A DNA stretch of 64,000 bases, taken from NCBI RefSeq assembly GCF_009914755.1, contig NC_060947.1; one strand, given 5' to 3'. The translations under genes and the position numbers were made by a program. This document shows positions 50,301 to 62,911 of this stretch, in pieces. Source of the DNA: the human T2T-CHM13v2.0 reference genome, Homo sapiens. Under the pieces are notes generated by a model. The model did no database searches. It was not told where the DNA came from and saw only the letters and a list, made by a program, of their open reading frames with translations. Position 1 is the stretch's first letter; every line of letters begins with the position of its first letter.

Positions 50301-51224
50301 TGGCACTCTTTAATGTAACAAGGTTACCCTGAAGCTGGCCATCGCAGCTGTGTCTGCATCACAGGGAATAGTCTCTGCCATACAAAGGACCTAATGGTGG
50401 ACATTCAGGTGCTACAGCAGGCCTGCATGAGAACAAACCTCAGTTGAAGAAGCCTTTCTGGTTATTCTAAAATCATACCACAAAGGTGAGGATCTACCTC
50501 TACATTTGGCTATGGTGATTTTCTAACCTGTATGTTCTTCCTCTTACATGCAAATCCGCTTGTCTAACACACAGGGACACAAATTTGAGTTCACATTGAA
50601 TGGGCTTACAATTTGTTTCAGAGCCAAGGATTGCTGTCCAACTCTTTCAGATGTTCTTCCCCTCACTGTTACTAGGGTGAAAAGTCAGTAAGGTTGTAGA
50701 CAATGAAGGGAAGGGTAAGGAGGAGAAGTTACTTGAGGGCAAGGGGAAAAAAGGAAGGAGGAGAAAGGAAGTAGCTAATTGTGACCTGTTGGTTCCAAAA
50801 CATACATACACACAAATTCATAAAAGAAAGAAACCATCTCTACTACCTAGGCCTCCTAAGGATGAAATCAAGGCCAAAAAGTTTAAGATATTTTTAGAAA
50901 TGGAGGAGTCATGCTTAAGGTGGTCTTCACAGCACAGTTTGAGATCATGAAGTGCAGAAAGTGCAGTGAAATGCATTCATGCAGATGTAACATACCTCTT
51001 CCCCGTATGCACCCTCACTCAATATATGCATGGATGTAGTTGCATACCATGGCTTCTGCACTCACACAGACACACACACAGGTACACATTGCCAAATACC
51101 AAAACACATATGTATATACCCATATAGGTACATGTATACAAAGTCAAATATGGATGCCTGGAAAATATAAACATGGTGGTACACACAAGAAAACACAGTT
51201 ATAAACAAGATGGCTATGTAAATG

Positions 51225-51440
51225 ATAGTAGCTACTATTTATCAGGGGTCTACTGTGTGTCCAGCACTTCACATATCCTGGCTCATTAATTCTCAAAAAT
51301 TCTGCTCTGCGGGAGATATCATTAATCTCATTTTAAAAATGGGAAACTAAAACTTAGAGAAGATTCTAACTTGCCAAGAGACATGAAATTAGTATGGCTT
51401 ATAGCAGAGCAGAAGTCCAAAACCAGGCCAGTCTCCCTGA
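51225..51440 (-). mobile_element. MIR
   Basis: CATTTTAAAAATGGGAAACTAAAACTTAGAGA. Confidence 0.65.
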
Positions 51441-52093
51441 AAAGTTGCAACTCTCCAGTAGCCATATGTTATAGACTGTCATGACAGTTCAAAGACATGA
51501 CACTTTAGAAACATCCATAAACAGATGCATACCCATTTATAGGTACTCATGCTCCTTAACCATGAGAATTTTAAAATGTGATGAACATAATTGAGGGTCT
51601 GTTGTCATCTTAATCATTTGTTTGAACTAAACAGTCTAAAATTCCATTGAGTGATTAGTACCCATTGGTAAATTAAAATGTGTTTAAATTATCTCTACAG
51701 TATTTAAATTTAAACACTCTTGTATCTTGGAGCAGGGCCAGCCAATATTTTTAAATAATAACACTATAATTAAAGCTTAGGGTAGGCTTAGGATCTCATT
51801 CAAGTTAACAAAAGATTACCCTTCACACCAGTATTTAAAACAAGGCTCTAATTAATGAATGTGCTAATTGTTCTTCTTTTTTTGCAATCGTTCAAAAAGA
51901 TGCTGCACAGATATTCACACAAAAACCACAGCTGATACCCTGGTGAATTGCAGTGCTCAGAAAGCTGTCATTTCACTGTGCTATCCTGGGCAACTGTGGA
52001 GCACTCCTGTGATGTCAAATGTAGGCCTAGAGTAGAGTCCTCTAATGTGAATTTACACTCTCAAGTATTGGAGAGCTGTAGCTATCTCTAGAA

Positions 52094-52244
52094 TAGGGAA
52101 CCCAGCCCCCTCGGTTTGCCTGAGACAGTCCAGCTCCCTCAGTTTGCCTGAGACAGTCCAGCTTACTCCTATTGTCTTGATTTAGTTGTTAAGAATACCT
52201 TAAAGAGTGTCCTAATTTGGGTGATAACTTACCTGGTCACCCTA
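52094..52244. mobile_element. MER94-like hAT-Blackjack MITE with an internal 28-bp tandem duplication
   Basis: Termini TAGGGAACC...GGTCACCCTA; two copies of CCAGCYCCCTCRGTTTGCCTGAGACAGT. Confidence 0.7.
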
Positions 52245-53189
52245 CATCAGATCATTCGCGGAGTCTTGAATCTTACCAGCAGGGAAGGAGATAAGGTGGG
52301 GAAGAGAAATGAGGAAATGGATAATGGTGACTTTCTTCCTGGGCCAAGACTCCTATTAGCATTGATATTTTTTCCAGAGTATGGATTTCCTGCCATGGCC
52401 CCCTAGTTTGTACAATCATAACCACATACAGTTCCAGTTACTAGGGGCTTTCCACCTTCCTCTGGCACAACCAAAATTATAGTGTTTCCTGGGAACTAAG
52501 ACTTTTTTCTTCTTTGTGGTACATACAAATTTTAGCACCTTGTAATAATGGTGATGATGCTACAGAACAGACATGGGATTCAAAAAACAATTCCTTAGTG
52601 TTTCATAATTTTATCTGGCTAGGAATTAGAAGATTACAACTCAATGTAACATATAGACCTTACAGAAGAAAGAAAATGTTTGCAGAACATTTCCAACAAA
52701 ACATTCAGAGGAAGGCACATACTCTGAAGATTGGAAACACTAAACAAAAACACATGGGGTGCGTCATGGGGAGCAATCCTGCCTGAGCAAGCAAGAGGTT
52801 GACTGCTCTGCTGGACATTTTTCAAGTCTAACTTCTAAGGATTTTTCTCCTGAAGAGACTGAAAGAAGAACAATGGGGGTCAAACTGCAAAACACACAGC
52901 CAGCAAAAGCCAGTCTTTTCTGTGGGATCTTTGAAAGACAATGAGAAACGATAACACCTCAGATCCCTATAATACCTTTCTTTTGAAAAGCCCATTGCTC
53001 TTTCACATTTTAAAATTATATTCTCTTGACATTTCTATAATATAGTCATGAAGAAATAGAGGGAATTTCCCTAAGTTTTGCAAGACAATGGCAGAGCCAG
53101 AATCAGACTAAGCTTTCTTGATTTCAAGCCTAGGAGGGTTTTTGTTTTGTTTTGTTTTTAATTGAACTTTGTGCCTATGGTAAGATTCC

Positions 53190-53452
53190 TTTAGCATAGT
53201 GGCTAAATGCAAGGACTCTTGAACTTGACTGTTAAAGTTTGAATCCTGGCTATACCACTTACCAGCTGCATGACTTTAGGTAACAACCTTCACTTCTCTG
53301 TGCCTCAGTTTCTTCATTAATAAAGCAGAATAGTAATAAATAGTAATAGTACTTCTTTCAGATTGTTTCTGGAAAGATTATGTGTGATATTACATATAGA
53401 ACTCTTAGAGCAAATCTTGGCACATAGCAAACATTCAATAAATGTTAGCTGT
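53190..53452 (+). mobile_element. MIR, near full length
   Basis: AGCATAGTGGCTAA...TTTGAATCCTGGCT...CTCTGTGCCTCAGTTTCTTCAT...TGGCACATAG. Confidence 0.85.
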
Positions 53453-54539
53453 TACAAAAAACAATTTCTAACACCAATTGTGGGTCCTTCACTAAGCAAT
53501 CAGTTGGATAGACACACAGCTGAATAAATCTCAAAATATCCATTAATGATCAACTCATGTTTGGGGTAACCAAATAAGGGAGTCACGTTAATTGTGTAAC
53601 CATAAATTTGGTAGTTAGTCCCTGTGATAAAATTACATTTTCAGCAGTTCTGTTAAAGCACAGTTTTCTGAGCTCTTTAGATACCAAGAAATGAGTATTA
53701 ATATTTATCAGAGTATGTTGCAAGTTTCTTTCTAAATAATTAAACAGGAGGAGGGCCTCCTTAAAGGGTTTTTGATGACTCAAGAATGAAACTTATCCTA
53801 AGCTAAATTGTACAGAAAAAAAATTAAAACGTGCTGAGAAGAACATGACATGGTTTAGTTTTCCTCCTGGGGATTAATAAGTATGTGGCATTTTACACTC
53901 AACTCTAATGCTACAACCACAATCTATTGTTTCAATCAAAAGTTCCTGCACCCTTAACATTAGTTTCTTGAATTTGCCATTTAGATGCCAACAGTAATGC
54001 CAAATATCTGCATTCTCCAATCAATGGCCTCTACCTGCCATAAATGCCTTTCTCTGTATTGTCCAAGGCAAAAGAAAGGGCAGCCAGAAAGAGTGTTTAC
54101 AAGGTGAATTGTCCAGGAAATTGTGCCCAAAGTGGAGGAGGATTGTACCTTGTACATTTTGTAGGCAAAGAACAGTTGGCTGAAGAACAAACACGGATTT
54201 AATGTTCCTTTCTTCCTTCCATATGAAGAGAGCCATGCAGGCTCTAAAACAGCTTTCTCTGTCATTCAGGCAGGATATGAACTCTGCTGTTGTTCCAAAT
54301 CACCAGAAGAACATCTGACAAGACTACAGGGATGCAATTGAGGTAGGACACTTAAAACTCTCTGCAGTGGCCCCTGCTATCTCTTTTATACTACTGTCTG
54401 ATACCTCCTTCCCAAGGAGCAGGTTAGAGAGGCAGGACAGTATATAAGCATTACTCTTTCTCTCCTCCCCAGTCCTTTCCAGCCCAAGAGGCCTTGGGTC
54501 TCAAAGCTTTGAGCTATGTGAGCTGCTGTATAGATGAAG

Positions 54540-54748
54540 TGGGTGCTGTGTTGGTGTTCACTTGCATCAGCTCCTAAGGGCTGATTGTGTTCATCTCTTT
54601 CCAACTCCATATTTAGTGACATGCTACTAGCTTGAAGTTAATTATGGTGGACATATTTTCACTATGGAAATTGGCAAATGTTTCAAATCAAGGCTTCCCT
54701 CCCCACATCACAGGGCTAGTCATTGAACATTTACCAGCACATCCCTGG
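54540..54748. mobile_element. MER63A-like hAT-Blackjack fossil
   Basis: GGAAATTGGCAAATGTTTCAAATCAAGGC...AACATTTACCAGCACATCCCTG. Confidence 0.75.
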
Positions 54749-56570
54749 GCAGAATAAACTGCCATTGTGTCAGATACAGCTCCTTCATATGGTTAGGTGA
54801 GGTGAGAACCTTTTGGCCCTTGGCAAACATTGAGAGCTTTTAACTAGCCGAAGAGTTCACTGAATTAGGACTGGACAGTTTTGGTTCCATTTTTCACTTC
54901 AGGGTTGTTGGCTGTGGCAGTGCTAACAACATATCTGCAAAGGGCACTAGATTACCCAGCCTTTCCACACCTAAGAGGTCTCACCCCATCAAAGAAGAAT
55001 TTGAGGCCCAAGATGCTAGACGTTGCTCTAAAGAGCAAATCCAAAACAAGCTAAAATTGGAAGAAACTGAATTCAATGAAAGGAGCAGAACTAGCCTGCT
55101 TTCAAGTTTTTGATCATCATTTCAGGGAGTGAGATTTCTTCCATTATCAAAGAAAGAAGGGGATTGTACACAAAGCCAGGAACCAATTTGAGCTTTAATG
55201 ACTAAACAGAGAGGATTGGGTTAAAGCCAACTTATAGAACCAGTGAAAGGGATGGAAGTTGAAACAATACAGGCATAGAACAAACAGGCTTTAGGCCACA
55301 TGTAAATCTAGACAAATACAAAACACATGGTGTGGTCTCAGGGCACAGGCTTTGCTCTTTGCCTCTCTCTCTTCCACAGTGCTTCCTCTAAAGGTGGTTG
55401 ATCACATCTTGATAGTACTGTAACAAGAGAAAGGTATCTGTTGGTATTTTGCCTATGTTAGATTCCAAAATAGAAGGCAAGGCCCCAGCTTGCCCTCCTA
55501 GAATAAGGTCAGGATACAGTTCTCTCTGTGGTACTATCATAGAATTGCCAAATCTGAGCACTAGAAGATTATCTTCTAGTTCAGTCCCCTTCGTTAACAA
55601 CTTTGGAAACTGAGACCCAGAGAAGTGAATTCTCTGAAGTCTCAAAGCTGATTAATGGCAGATGTGGCCCAAACGCTCAGGACTGATACATTACTGTGAA
55701 GCACAAGTCAAATATTCCTTAAGAGTTTCTCTTGTAAATATCCATGTAGAGATGGGGTATGTCCTTGTGAAGTCGAGAAGACCCTGATCTTCTAGTTACT
55801 CGTCCTAACTTTCACACTGCAGCCCAAAATCTACAACTGTTCATCCAGATCACAGAAGTATTTACAAATTTAATTCACAGTCTAGAAATCTTGGCTTTTA
55901 AGAATTATTGATAACAAATACTTGACCCAAGAGCATCTGCGAACCAGGCAAAATTCTATGATGTGTAGGGAGTAAATCATGGCTGGGGTGCTTTTACTGT
56001 ATCCATAATCAACAAGCTTTTACCTCCTGGTGGGTCTTATTCTGACTTCTGAAACAATACGGGCTCGAAAATGACTGAGTACATTGAATAGATTTTATCT
56101 CTGAGTTGCAGAACTCTATTACTGAAGACTTTCTCTTCATTCTTCAACCATTTTCCAGTTGCCGTGCTATGTAGTCACCTAGAGACAGCAAATCCCTTTG
56201 TACAGAATACCAGCCTGTCTGCAGAAAGTTCTTCTAGGGGTATTTAGGCTCACTGTAACCCTTTTACTGTAACCCTTTCCCTCACACAATTTTTTATACA
56301 AACTCAATATGATATGATTCAGCAGGTAACTGACCATGCCTTCCTTGGGCTTCCTTGAATCTTGAGGACTTTCCTGGTTTCAGCATCACAGGGTCAACTT
56401 ATGATATCACTTTGTAGTCCTGCTGCTGGGAGGGAAGAGGAAAGGGAATAAAGGATAATAGACTGCTATGAGCTGACAAGCTATAGATGGCCTGCAACCT
56501 GGGGTATCATTGTATTTCTACAAGGCTCAGGGCAAACGGGAGATCTAAATCTGCTGGATGAGAGAGAAAT

Positions 56571-56628
56571 AACATTTTTTGTTTTGGAAATTTCTTTTTT
56601 TTTAATTATACTTTAAGTAACATTTCTT
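56571..56628 (-). mobile_element. Ultra-short L1PA 3' terminus insertion with TSD
   Basis: T-tract + AATTATACTTTAAGT flanked by AACATTTTTT / AACATTTCTT. Confidence 0.65.
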
Positions 56629-57304
56629 AAAGGTCTTTTATGTGATAGGGAAGTTAACTTTGGGTCTTCCCAAAAATTGCATGCACTACAGGGAAATTGA
56701 GCCTCACAGAAATTAAGTTATTCAGGTAGGAAGTAGCACAACTAGAATGAGACATCGGGTCTGTTGGATTTGTAATTCTATTTCAAAATTCATACTCTTT
56801 CTACAAGACCAGCCTGCCTCCATAAAGGGAGGGAGGGACACCTGAGCTGAGTTCTGACTGGCCTCTTCTTACATCCCCTCCTTGAAGAAGGGCCTCTCCT
56901 TAGCCATGTTCATAAGCTCATCTGCTCAATCTGAGCTTGGCAGCTGCCAAAAGCAAGTTTGCCAGCTTAGAAAGAGAAACAAAGGCAGTGGGAGTCAGAG
57001 GCAGCAGCCTTCCAGGTGCAGAATTAAGGCTGAACTCAAGGCCTTGCTTTGGAGAATTCCCATATGCTGACTCTTTACACAAGTCACATGAATAGTTCCT
57101 CAGAGACGTGGCTGTTCTCAGTATACCTCTCCAGCATGAACACCATTTGCCTCAGAAAGAAAAAACATTCTAATTATTCACACTACAGAGTGGACAGTCA
57201 GGGCTTGTGCAAACTAATTTTAATGCTTGTGGAAAGGGAAGTAGGCAGGAAAACATTTTACCTGTCTGTCTGTCATTGTCTTTGCCAAGAGTACCAAATC
57301 CTAG

Positions 57305-57430
57305 CATTCATTAGTTCACTCATGCAGCCTACAAATAGTGATTCCAACTATGCGCCAGTTAGCATACTAGGCTCTGGGGCTACAAAGGCAAATGGCATAG
57401 TCCCTTCCCCTACCCTTGAAGAGTTCCCAG
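57305..57430 (-). mobile_element. L2 fragment
   Basis: CATTCATTAGTTCACTC...CTATGCGCCAG...CTAGGCTCTGGGGCTACA. Confidence 0.6.
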
Positions 57431-57459
57431 TTCTTAGTATAACTACAAGCAAGCTCCTA

Positions 57460-57665
57460 GAGGCAGTCTGGATTGGTGGCTAATAGACTGGGTCCTAGAA
57501 TCAAACCTCTGGGCTAATGTCCTGATTCCACCACTTACTAGTTGTGTGACCTTAGACAGATGACTTAACCTTTCTGCTCCTCATCTTTGAAATAGGGTTG
57601 AGAGGATTAGTTAGCCCATGTCTGGCACATTGTAAAGCCTTAATAAATACTAGTTATCATTACTA
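57460..57665 (+). mobile_element. MIR
   Basis: CCACTTACTAGTTGTGTGACCTTAGACAGATGACTTAACC. Confidence 0.75.
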
Positions 57666-58282
57666 TAAGCCAAGGTAAATTCTTCTAAAGCCTGTCCTAT
57701 CAGAATGAATGTATTCAGTGAATGAGATAACTTTAGATTTTTGGAAAATTACCCTGAATATGTGGATAGAAATAGAGTCCAGCTGGGGTGATCTTCAAAT
57801 GAGGGAAGAATGATTCTCCATATCCAGTTTATTTTGAGAATGAATGCCAATTAGAAGCAGATAGTACTATTGACATTTTATAAAGAATGAATTACCCTAA
57901 AAACCTCACATATGTGGAAAATTTCCTTGAAACAACACAGCTTGGGCTGGAAACTGCCCCTTTGTAGGCCTCAATTTCTCTATCTGTGGGTTGAAACAGT
58001 TGGATTAAATTGATTACGGGAGGCCCTTTGGGCTCTGACATTCAATATTTCTTTTATACTCAGTGCTCAATTGTTATTTATGGAGAAATAGAATTTAATA
58101 AAATCTTGAAAGGTTTGTTAGAAAAGTTCCTGTTTTGTCAAATAATTTTGGCTGTGAAAGAAAATTCTAATTTAGTGACTATTGATCATTGCTCAAAATA
58201 TATGATTTTATTATAATTATATTCCAGAACAATATAAAGCAGTGTAACAGGTTGAAGAGACTTTAAATTAGATCATCTGGTA

Positions 58283-58535
58283 CAGAGCTTCTCAAACTTG
58301 GCACTATTGATATTTTGGGCCAGATTATTCCTTGTTGTTGGGGGGCTGTTCTGTGCATTGTATGATGTTTGGCAGTATCTGTGGCTTTTTTGCTCACTAG
58401 ATGCCAGTTGCACCTACACCAGTTTTCTCCAGACATTGCCAATGTCCCCTGGGATAGTATTGACAGATTTAGCAGGTATATTTTATGTGTGAACCCTAGC
58501 TGCAAGGCAAAATTGACTCCAGTTAAGAATAACTG
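58283..58535. mobile_element. MER20 hAT-Charlie fossil
   Basis: TTCTCAAACTTGGCACTATTGATATTTTGGGCCAGAT...TCTCCAGACATTGCCAATGTCCCCTGGG...GGCAAAATTG. Confidence 0.85.
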
Positions 58536-58542
58536 ATCTAGC

Positions 58543-58681
58543 CCCTTGCTACTCAAAGTTCAACATGGGCATCACCTTGGAACTTCGTCGAAGAGCAGAT
58601 TCTCAAGCCCCAACCCACACCTACTGATTTGTAAGGGAGACACAGTTTAACAACAGCAATAGGTGATTTTTATGCAAGCTC
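58543..58681. mobile_element. MER5A fragment, cut by the ERV LTR
   Basis: CTACTCAAAGT...GCATCACCTTGGAACTT...GCAGATTCTCAAGCCCC...CCTACTGA. Confidence 0.7.
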
Positions 58682-58683
58682 TC

Positions 58684-59399
58684 TGTGGGCCCTATGGTGA
58701 TGCCCAGGTGGGGGTGCCTGTGACTCCTGAAGCCCCAGAGGGTGTGTGACAGTACTCTCTTAGCTCTGCTGTCTGTAGACAGCAGTGTGTTATTAGCTCA
58801 GTGGGCCCCTTGCCTCATCACGTGGACAGCTGTCCTCCACCAGTGAGGGCAAAGGGCCAGTGTGATGGCCTTTTTGGGGTACCTGCACTCAGTGGGTCCC
58901 AAGCTCTTGTCTGGCATCTAGGAAGAATGAGGTCACACAGACACTTGAAGGATGGTGGAGGGGGAGAATTTCACTTAGCAATGGAAATGGCTCTCAGGGG
59001 AGAAGGGACCTGAAGAGGTGTAGGAACAGGCAGATAATCTTCCCTGAAGTTCAGCTATCTGTTTTTCGAAGTTAAACTCTCTCGCCTCTGAAGTCCAGCC
59101 ATCTCTCTGAAGTCAAGTCACCTCTCTCCAGTCAAACCACTTCTCCCCTTCTACCAACTGAGTCTGGGATATTTATAGGGACAGGATGAGGGGTGGGGTG
59201 GGCCATAGGTAGTTTTGGATAAGGCAATATTCAATTGGTAAAAAGACATTATTCAGAAAGAACCAATCGGGAGAGCAGGCAAACAGGGATGCTTGTTCTT
59301 ACTTTGGGCCATGGTTTCAGGCTTTTCAGCTTGAATATGGGGTGTTGCCAGGGACCTGCCGCTATCTGCCTAGAATTTCTCTGCCTCCTGCCTTTATCA
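58684..59399 (-). mobile_element. 3' LTR of an ERV1 provirus (LTR9/MER61/MER52-type)
   Basis: Minus strand starts TGATAAAGGCAGG directly after polypurine tract AGAGGGGGAAA (59400-59410); CTCCTGAAGCCCCAG motif; left boundary approximate. Confidence 0.8.
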
Positions 59400-59504
59400 T
59401 TTCCCCCTCTGAAGAGGCACATCTAACTGCTGTTAGAATACAGATGATGTCCGATCTTAGTAACTTTGTACTGACAGGGGACGTTGTTTTGGGGAAAATG
59501 GCAG

Positions 59505-60244
59505 TCAGATTTCCCTCAGAGGTCTACCTAAGAGTTCCCAGTAAAAGGGAGCCATCATCTGAGGCTCCAGTTGCATGATCACTTGGAGTTTGATAGCCTC
59601 TAGGTGAGAAGAAACAAGTTTTACCAGGTTAAGTATGCATGGGTCAAATATGCGTATTATACAAAGAGAAGTTAAAAGAAATGAATCTAGTGCCAAAGAT
59701 TACAGAAATAAGAAGTGAAATATACTAATCATTCTGAAAACAATATTGTGCCTTGAGCTGTTTCACCCTGGTGAAAGAAATTAAACCTTGTATGGGAGTA
59801 GTTACAGTTTAAGAGAGGATAACTGTTTAGGGGAGTAGATATTTCCATGGGCATTCAGGATTAAGGGGTCTTTGGTAAATGTGCCCTATGGTATAGAACA
59901 GAACAAAGGTAAGAACAGCAAGCATAGGCAATACTATACAGAGGATATCCATGGAAAGTCAATTATTAACAATTATCTTTTGTAATTTTTAGCTTGAGGT
60001 CCCTGATTTCTTCACACTTGTACTTTGAGTGCTCCACTGGGTGGACAGAGGTAACTCCCTCAGCTTCCCAGGCCTATACTCGAGTATAATGAATTATAAT
60101 GAATTCAAGAATCTATTCCAGTGACCTTTACTGCTGTAGGAGTAGAAATAAGTACAGTGCAAGGTCCCTCCCAATCCATGCTTGTAGAGGGAGAAAGGGA
60201 AGGAAGTACTTTTACCAGCACTAGGTCCCCTGTATTGAATAGAG
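59505..60244 (-). pseudogene. ERV integrase C-terminus and env cytoplasmic-tail remnant
   Basis: GDLVLVK...WEGPCTVLISTPTAVKV (GPY/F module); PCILNLVKLVSSHLEAIKLQ. Confidence 0.8.
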
Positions 60245-61444
60245 TGCAGGATCCTGTAATGCCCAAGTGTTCCCTCAGTTGCTTGAGAGTTTTGGTGAGG
60301 GGAAAGAAGGAGATGAGCTTAATCATTTCTTTGCCCAATGCCCTGGCCCCCTATGACAAGACCAAATCTAGGTACTTCACTGAAGTCTGACAGAGCTGAG
60401 CTTTAGATTTTGAAACCTTATGTCCTCTGTTAGCTAGAAAATTAAGAGCCTTACTGCCCTTCCGAGAGATTTCCTCAGTTGGGGCACAGAGGAGAATGTC
60501 ATCTACATATTGTAAAACTTAAACCTTAGGATAAAGGAGTTCAAAGAGGTCTTTGGACAATGCCTGCCCAAACAGGATTCTGTCCCAGAATCCCTGAGGT
60601 AACACCATCCGAGTTAGCTGTGTGGCTTGGTTAGAGGGATCCTCAAATGCAAACAAATACTGGAAGTTGGGATGTAATGGTATGCAGAAAAAGGCATACT
60701 TTAGGTCCAGGACTGTGAACCACTTAGTTTCCTCAGGTATTGGAGCTAGCAGGGTATAGAGATTGGAACCCACTGGGTGTATTGGAAACACAGTTTCATT
60801 AACAAGGTGGAGGTCATGAACTAGTCTCCATTCCCTGTTGGGTTTTGTACCCCCAATATTGGAGTATTAAAAGGGCTATTGCAGGGTTTGAAGAGCCCCT
60901 GCATCTTCAAATGATCAGTGATGGCTTCTAGTCCTTTCCTAAATTCTGGCTTCTGGGGATATTGTCTCTGGTTAGGAAAGGAGGTGAGATCCTTAAGGTG
61001 GATCCAAACTGGTATAGCGATTATGGCTCAGCCAATTTTCCCTTGAATTGCCCAAATTTCTTGGTTAATATTGGTCTCCACTAGGGGTAGACAAAGAGTT
61101 TGTCCTGGTGCCATCAAGATGGTGGTCTCTGTCAGAATATCCCTACCCAACAGAGGAATTGTGTTTTCAGGCATAATTAGAAAGGCATAGGTGAAGAAGA
61201 GGTCTCCCCAACTACAACTAAAGGGTTGGGAAAAATATTGGGTTAAAGACCTTCCTGAGATGCCCCTCATGATTGTGGTAAGAGAGGAGGGAGCGGCCAG
61301 ATTGGAGAGGATAACTAAGAGACCCACCCCAGTGTCCAGAAGGAGATCCACTTTCCTCCCTTCAATTTCCAGAAATACCTGGGGCTCCTGTGTGGTAATG
61401 GTGGTTTGGACCACTGGAACCGGAAAGAGGAGCCCCCAGGAATC
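60245..61444 (-). pseudogene. ERV protease and reverse transcriptase (disrupted)
   Basis: VDLLLDTG, PLLGRDIL, WFTVLDLKYAFFCIPL, VLPQGF, YVDD at 60498-60509, thumb LREHLGITG. Confidence 0.9.
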
Positions 61445-62911
61445 ATCAGTCTTGATGGACCATTTTGGAGACTGGCTCTGGACCTGGTGACCTGCATCTC
61501 TGGGGACAATCTGCCCTCCAGTGGTCCCCATTGCAGATTGGACAGGGTCATGGTGGCTTCCTCATGCTGTCGGGAAAATCCTTATTAAAATGCCCTGACT
61601 TGCCACATTTGTAGCAGTTAGCAGATGTATCCCAGGGATTCTGGAGTTTTTGGGCCTAAGAGGTGTCCATTAAAGCCTCTGTCTTTTTCTTGTGTCTCTT
61701 TCCTCTGTCCCAGGCCTCCTCCCTATCCCTATTGTAAAAGACCGAGATGGCCACTTTCATGAGGTCCTCTCTACTGTCTGGTCTCATGGCCTGTTTCTGC
61801 AGCTTCCTCCTTGTATCAGGAGCTGCCTGAGTAAAAAATTTATCCTTTAGGATAAATTGTCCCTCGACTGAATCAGGAGAAAGAGAGGTGTGCTTACCAA
61901 GGTCCCTATAAGCCTTTCCAAGAAGGCAGCAGGATTCTCTTCAAATCCCTGTTCTATCAAGGGTAGTTTGGAATAGTTGAGAGGCTTAGTTCTAGTCCTA
62001 CGTAAGCCCTCCAGCATGCACACCTGAAAGTGTTTTCTCTTCTATTCTCCCAGTTCATCACTGGGATCCCATTTAGGGTCATCCAATGGTACTGCTTCTC
62101 TTCCAATTGAATAAGGCTCATCCTCTTCCCTGATACTATATGAAATACAAAGCTTATCCCCAAATCTCTCTGCCACATGCAGAGCAGCCTGCTTCTCAAT
62201 GTTAGTCAGGGTTTGATTCAAAAGTAACATAACATCTTTCCAAGAGAGTTCAAATACTTGGGATAAGTTCTGGAAAGCCTCTATATACCTGTCAGGGTCA
62301 TCTGAAAACTTGCTAAGCTCCCCCTTAATTTGCCTTAAGTCCTGTAGAGAGAAGGGGGACCTGGACCTTACTGGGGCCATATTCACTAGGCATCTGCTAC
62401 AGGGGCAGTAGTGGGACTGGGGTCTGTTTGGAGTGAGGATTTCTAGGAGGGGGCAAGTGAGAGAGATAAATTGGATGGGGAGGAGGGGGTGGACCTGGAG
62501 AAACAGGGCCAGAGGGAGCTGGCTCCCCTGCAGGAGGTGCCTCTTGGGTTTGTTTCTCTAGTTGCCTGAGATTTCCCCCTTGCAGCATCTCCTGAGATGG
62601 CAAAGAGGGCTGGATCAATCTTACACTGTCAGCAAAGGTCTGGATTACCTGCAAGGTAAAGAAATCCTGCACATATGGGGTCTCAGACCATCTGCCCTCA
62701 TGTTTACAGAAAAGATCCAGCTGCAGGATGGTATAGAAATGAATGGTTCCTTCTTGAGGCCATCCAGTCCTTCCTGCAAATCATAATTTGGCCAAACCTT
62801 TGTGCAAAAGACTATGAGGCATTTTTTCTCCAGAGTCTGAGGGTCAAAGCAGTCCTAGTAGTTCAGGATACACTCCAGAGGAGTGTAGACTGAAGATGAT
62901 TGGTTAGCCAT
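61445..62911 (-). pseudogene. ERV gag (frameshifted)
   Basis: ATG at 62911 (MANQSSS); proline-rich p12-like region; capsid ELSWKDVMLLLNQTL; knuckle CYKCGKSGH. Confidence 0.85.

Noticed and set aside
56252-56279. 14-bp tandem duplication ACTGTAACCCTTTT
   Set aside because: Ordinary slippage; the telomere-like TAACCC is incidental
57049-57483. 144-aa + strand ORF
   Set aside because: Non-ATG start, overlaps L2/MIR relics, no domain
33095-61030. Apparent complementarity: ERV9 keeps RNase H while the HUERS-like element keeps RT
   Set aside because: Different families, both frameshifted; coincidence
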